This document shows, piece after piece, positions 62,950 through 64,000 of a DNA stretch of 64,000 nucleotides. Made by a program: the position numbers and the translations under genes. The DNA lies in IMG/VR virus record IMGVR_UViG_3300034101_003081, positions 1-64,000 of that record. The stretch is one strand, 5' to 3'. The stretch is from a virus. The stretch's first letter is position 1. Every line of letters begins with the position of its first letter. The notes under the pieces were generated by a model that saw nothing but the letters and a program-made list of their open reading frames with translations, had not been told where the DNA came from and made no database searches.

Positions 62950-63000
62950 TGTTCAGAGTCTCCAGTCAGGGATGGGGCAGGGTGAGTGTGTCCGTACTTA

Positions 63001-64000
63001 TCACGACGCAGCGGTCTTGAGGGCCACGATCGGACCAGCCTTCGTGTTGTCGCCGCAGTCAGCGGTGACGCAATCGAAGCGGCTCGTCGCCACGATCAGG
63101 GTCTGATCGAGTTCCGCATAGCGGTCGGTCGAGGTCTTCAGCGTCAGGCCACGACGAGTCGCGTAGTACGAACTCATCGAGAGATCGCCGAAGAGGAACT
63201 TCACGACACCGGGATCGGCGCCCACCGCGCTCGAAAGCGTGTGGACGAAGACCACCGGATAGCCGAGCAGACGCATCTCGGCGGAAGCCGCAAGGTTCGC
63301 AGCGGTGTTGCCGCCGGCGAGGCCCACGTTGTTGACCAGGCCGAGACGCTGCACACTGGCGGCGAACACGGCAGGATTCACGTACCACTTCGCGTTGCCG
63401 CGAGCGTACAGCGGAAGCCGGCCAGCCGTGGCGATCAGATCGTCCACGTCGAGGGTCAGGGCCCCGGTGTTGCCCGTCGCAGCCGTCACGACGCCGCCCG
63501 TGTGGGCGCCGTCGTTGATCTTGGTGGCGACGCCAATCATGCCGCCATGATCACCGCTGCCATTGCCAACGAAGCCAACAACGTCGACCAACTCGGCCAG
63601 CGACCTGGCGATCTCGCCTGTGATGTAGTCCGCCAGATTCAGGACGGAGTCCTCAAGAACCTCGCTCGACATGCGGTTCGCGACCGCGACCTTCTTGCAG
63701 ACGAGTTGCACACGATCCCAACTGGCGTCGGAATCCTGCACTTGGGTATTTTCCCCAATAAAATAAGCCTTCAGGCCGCCAGTCCGACGGGGGATCACGA
63801 GGGTGTCCGACTTCATCTGGAGGTTGCGGGCGTTCGCGGGGAACGCGCCGTACTCTTCGACGAGGACGATCACCTCATTGAGAACCTCCTCGGCCGTAAA
63901 GATTCCGCCGGCCGAATTGACGCCCTCGCTCAGGGCACGGCTGTCGATCACGCCGTGGTCAGCACACCAGCGAGCGGCGTTCTGATCCTTGAGCAGCGTG
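63001..64000 (-). CDS. Major capsid protein, HK97 fold (5' end outside window)
   Basis: RALSEG..SAGG, A..IGE, S.EVLEDS, G.GSG, LLGYPV, FGDLS and RFD motifs. Confidence 0.93.
   Translation of the reverse strand, partial: TLLKDQNAARWCADHGVIDSRALSEGVNSAGGIFTAEEVLNEVIVLVEEYGAFPANARNLQMKSDTLVIPRRTGGLKAYFIGENTQVQDSDASWDRVQLVCKKVAVANRMSSEVLEDSVLNLADYITGEIARSLAELVDVVGFVGNGSGDHGGMIGVATKINDGAHTGGVVTAATGNTGALTLDVDDLIATAGRLPLYARGNAKWYVNPAVFAASVQRLGLVNNVGLAGGNTAANLAASAEMRLLGYPVVFVHTLSSAVGADPGVVKFLFGDLSMSSYYATRRGLTLKTSTDRYAELDQTLIVATSRFDCVTADCGDNTKAGPIVALKTAAS

Larger units (their letters stand above)
11404..63000. repeat. Dispersed 15-bp motif GCGTRTCCRDACWWN (~22 copies)
   Basis: Starts on +: 11404, 16422, 18215, 22074, 22915, 24946, 26776, 27099, 28215, 28830, 31194, 33470, 36140, 37198, 37824, 40817, 41565, 44022, 53368, 62986. 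Reversed copies at 39377 and 41089. Confidence 0.85.

Noticed and set aside
11404-63000. 15-bp motif as integron-like recombination sites for the integrase
   Set aside because: Copies sit in essential late-gene junctions, promoters and coding regions and lack attC-like hairpins; an operator role fits better, though recombination is not strictly excluded.
1-64000. Stop-codon reassignment
   Set aside because: Genes tile densely under the standard code and use TAA, TAG and TGA as stops.

Overview
This window is a ~64 kb slice of a GC-rich, probably temperate, tailed dsDNA phage with an HK97-type capsid and a long tape measure. Almost every real gene is on the minus strand; only a tyrosine integrase and a small ORF before it are on +. 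In transcription order (right to left) it encodes: the major capsid, head-tail and tail genes (with a -1 frameshifted tail chaperone and two tail-tube paralogs); a 2483-aa RCC1/Gly-repeat virion protein; nucleotide-metabolism genes; the integrase/HTH switch; an early accessory region; a replication module; nucleases and a methylase; a seven-gene glycan-modification cluster; a protease/holin-like block; and collagen and Kelch fibre genes. The early region holds Ro60/TROVE, a MoxR-type AAA+ ATPase with three paralogous partners, an ART-like protein, an Ocr-like protein and an endonuclease V-like glycosylase. The replication module holds SNF2, a RecE-like exonuclease, prim-pol, an AT-rich origin candidate and UvrD. 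Main unannotated signals: (1) a 15-bp motif repeated ~22 times, 20 in one orientation, mostly at stop/start junctions and inside three promoters, resembling a stoperator network; (2) two tandem covarying ~70-nt Y-RNA-like hairpins between a promoter and the Ro60 gene; (3) four promoters sharing a fixed upstream TTGTGTCATAG box; (4) a probable virion-glycosylation system using eukaryote-associated GT families, with one GT inside the head module behind a double GGA-hairpin leader. Protein families were assigned by eye from motifs; no database search was run. A Planctomycetota host is only a tentative inference.
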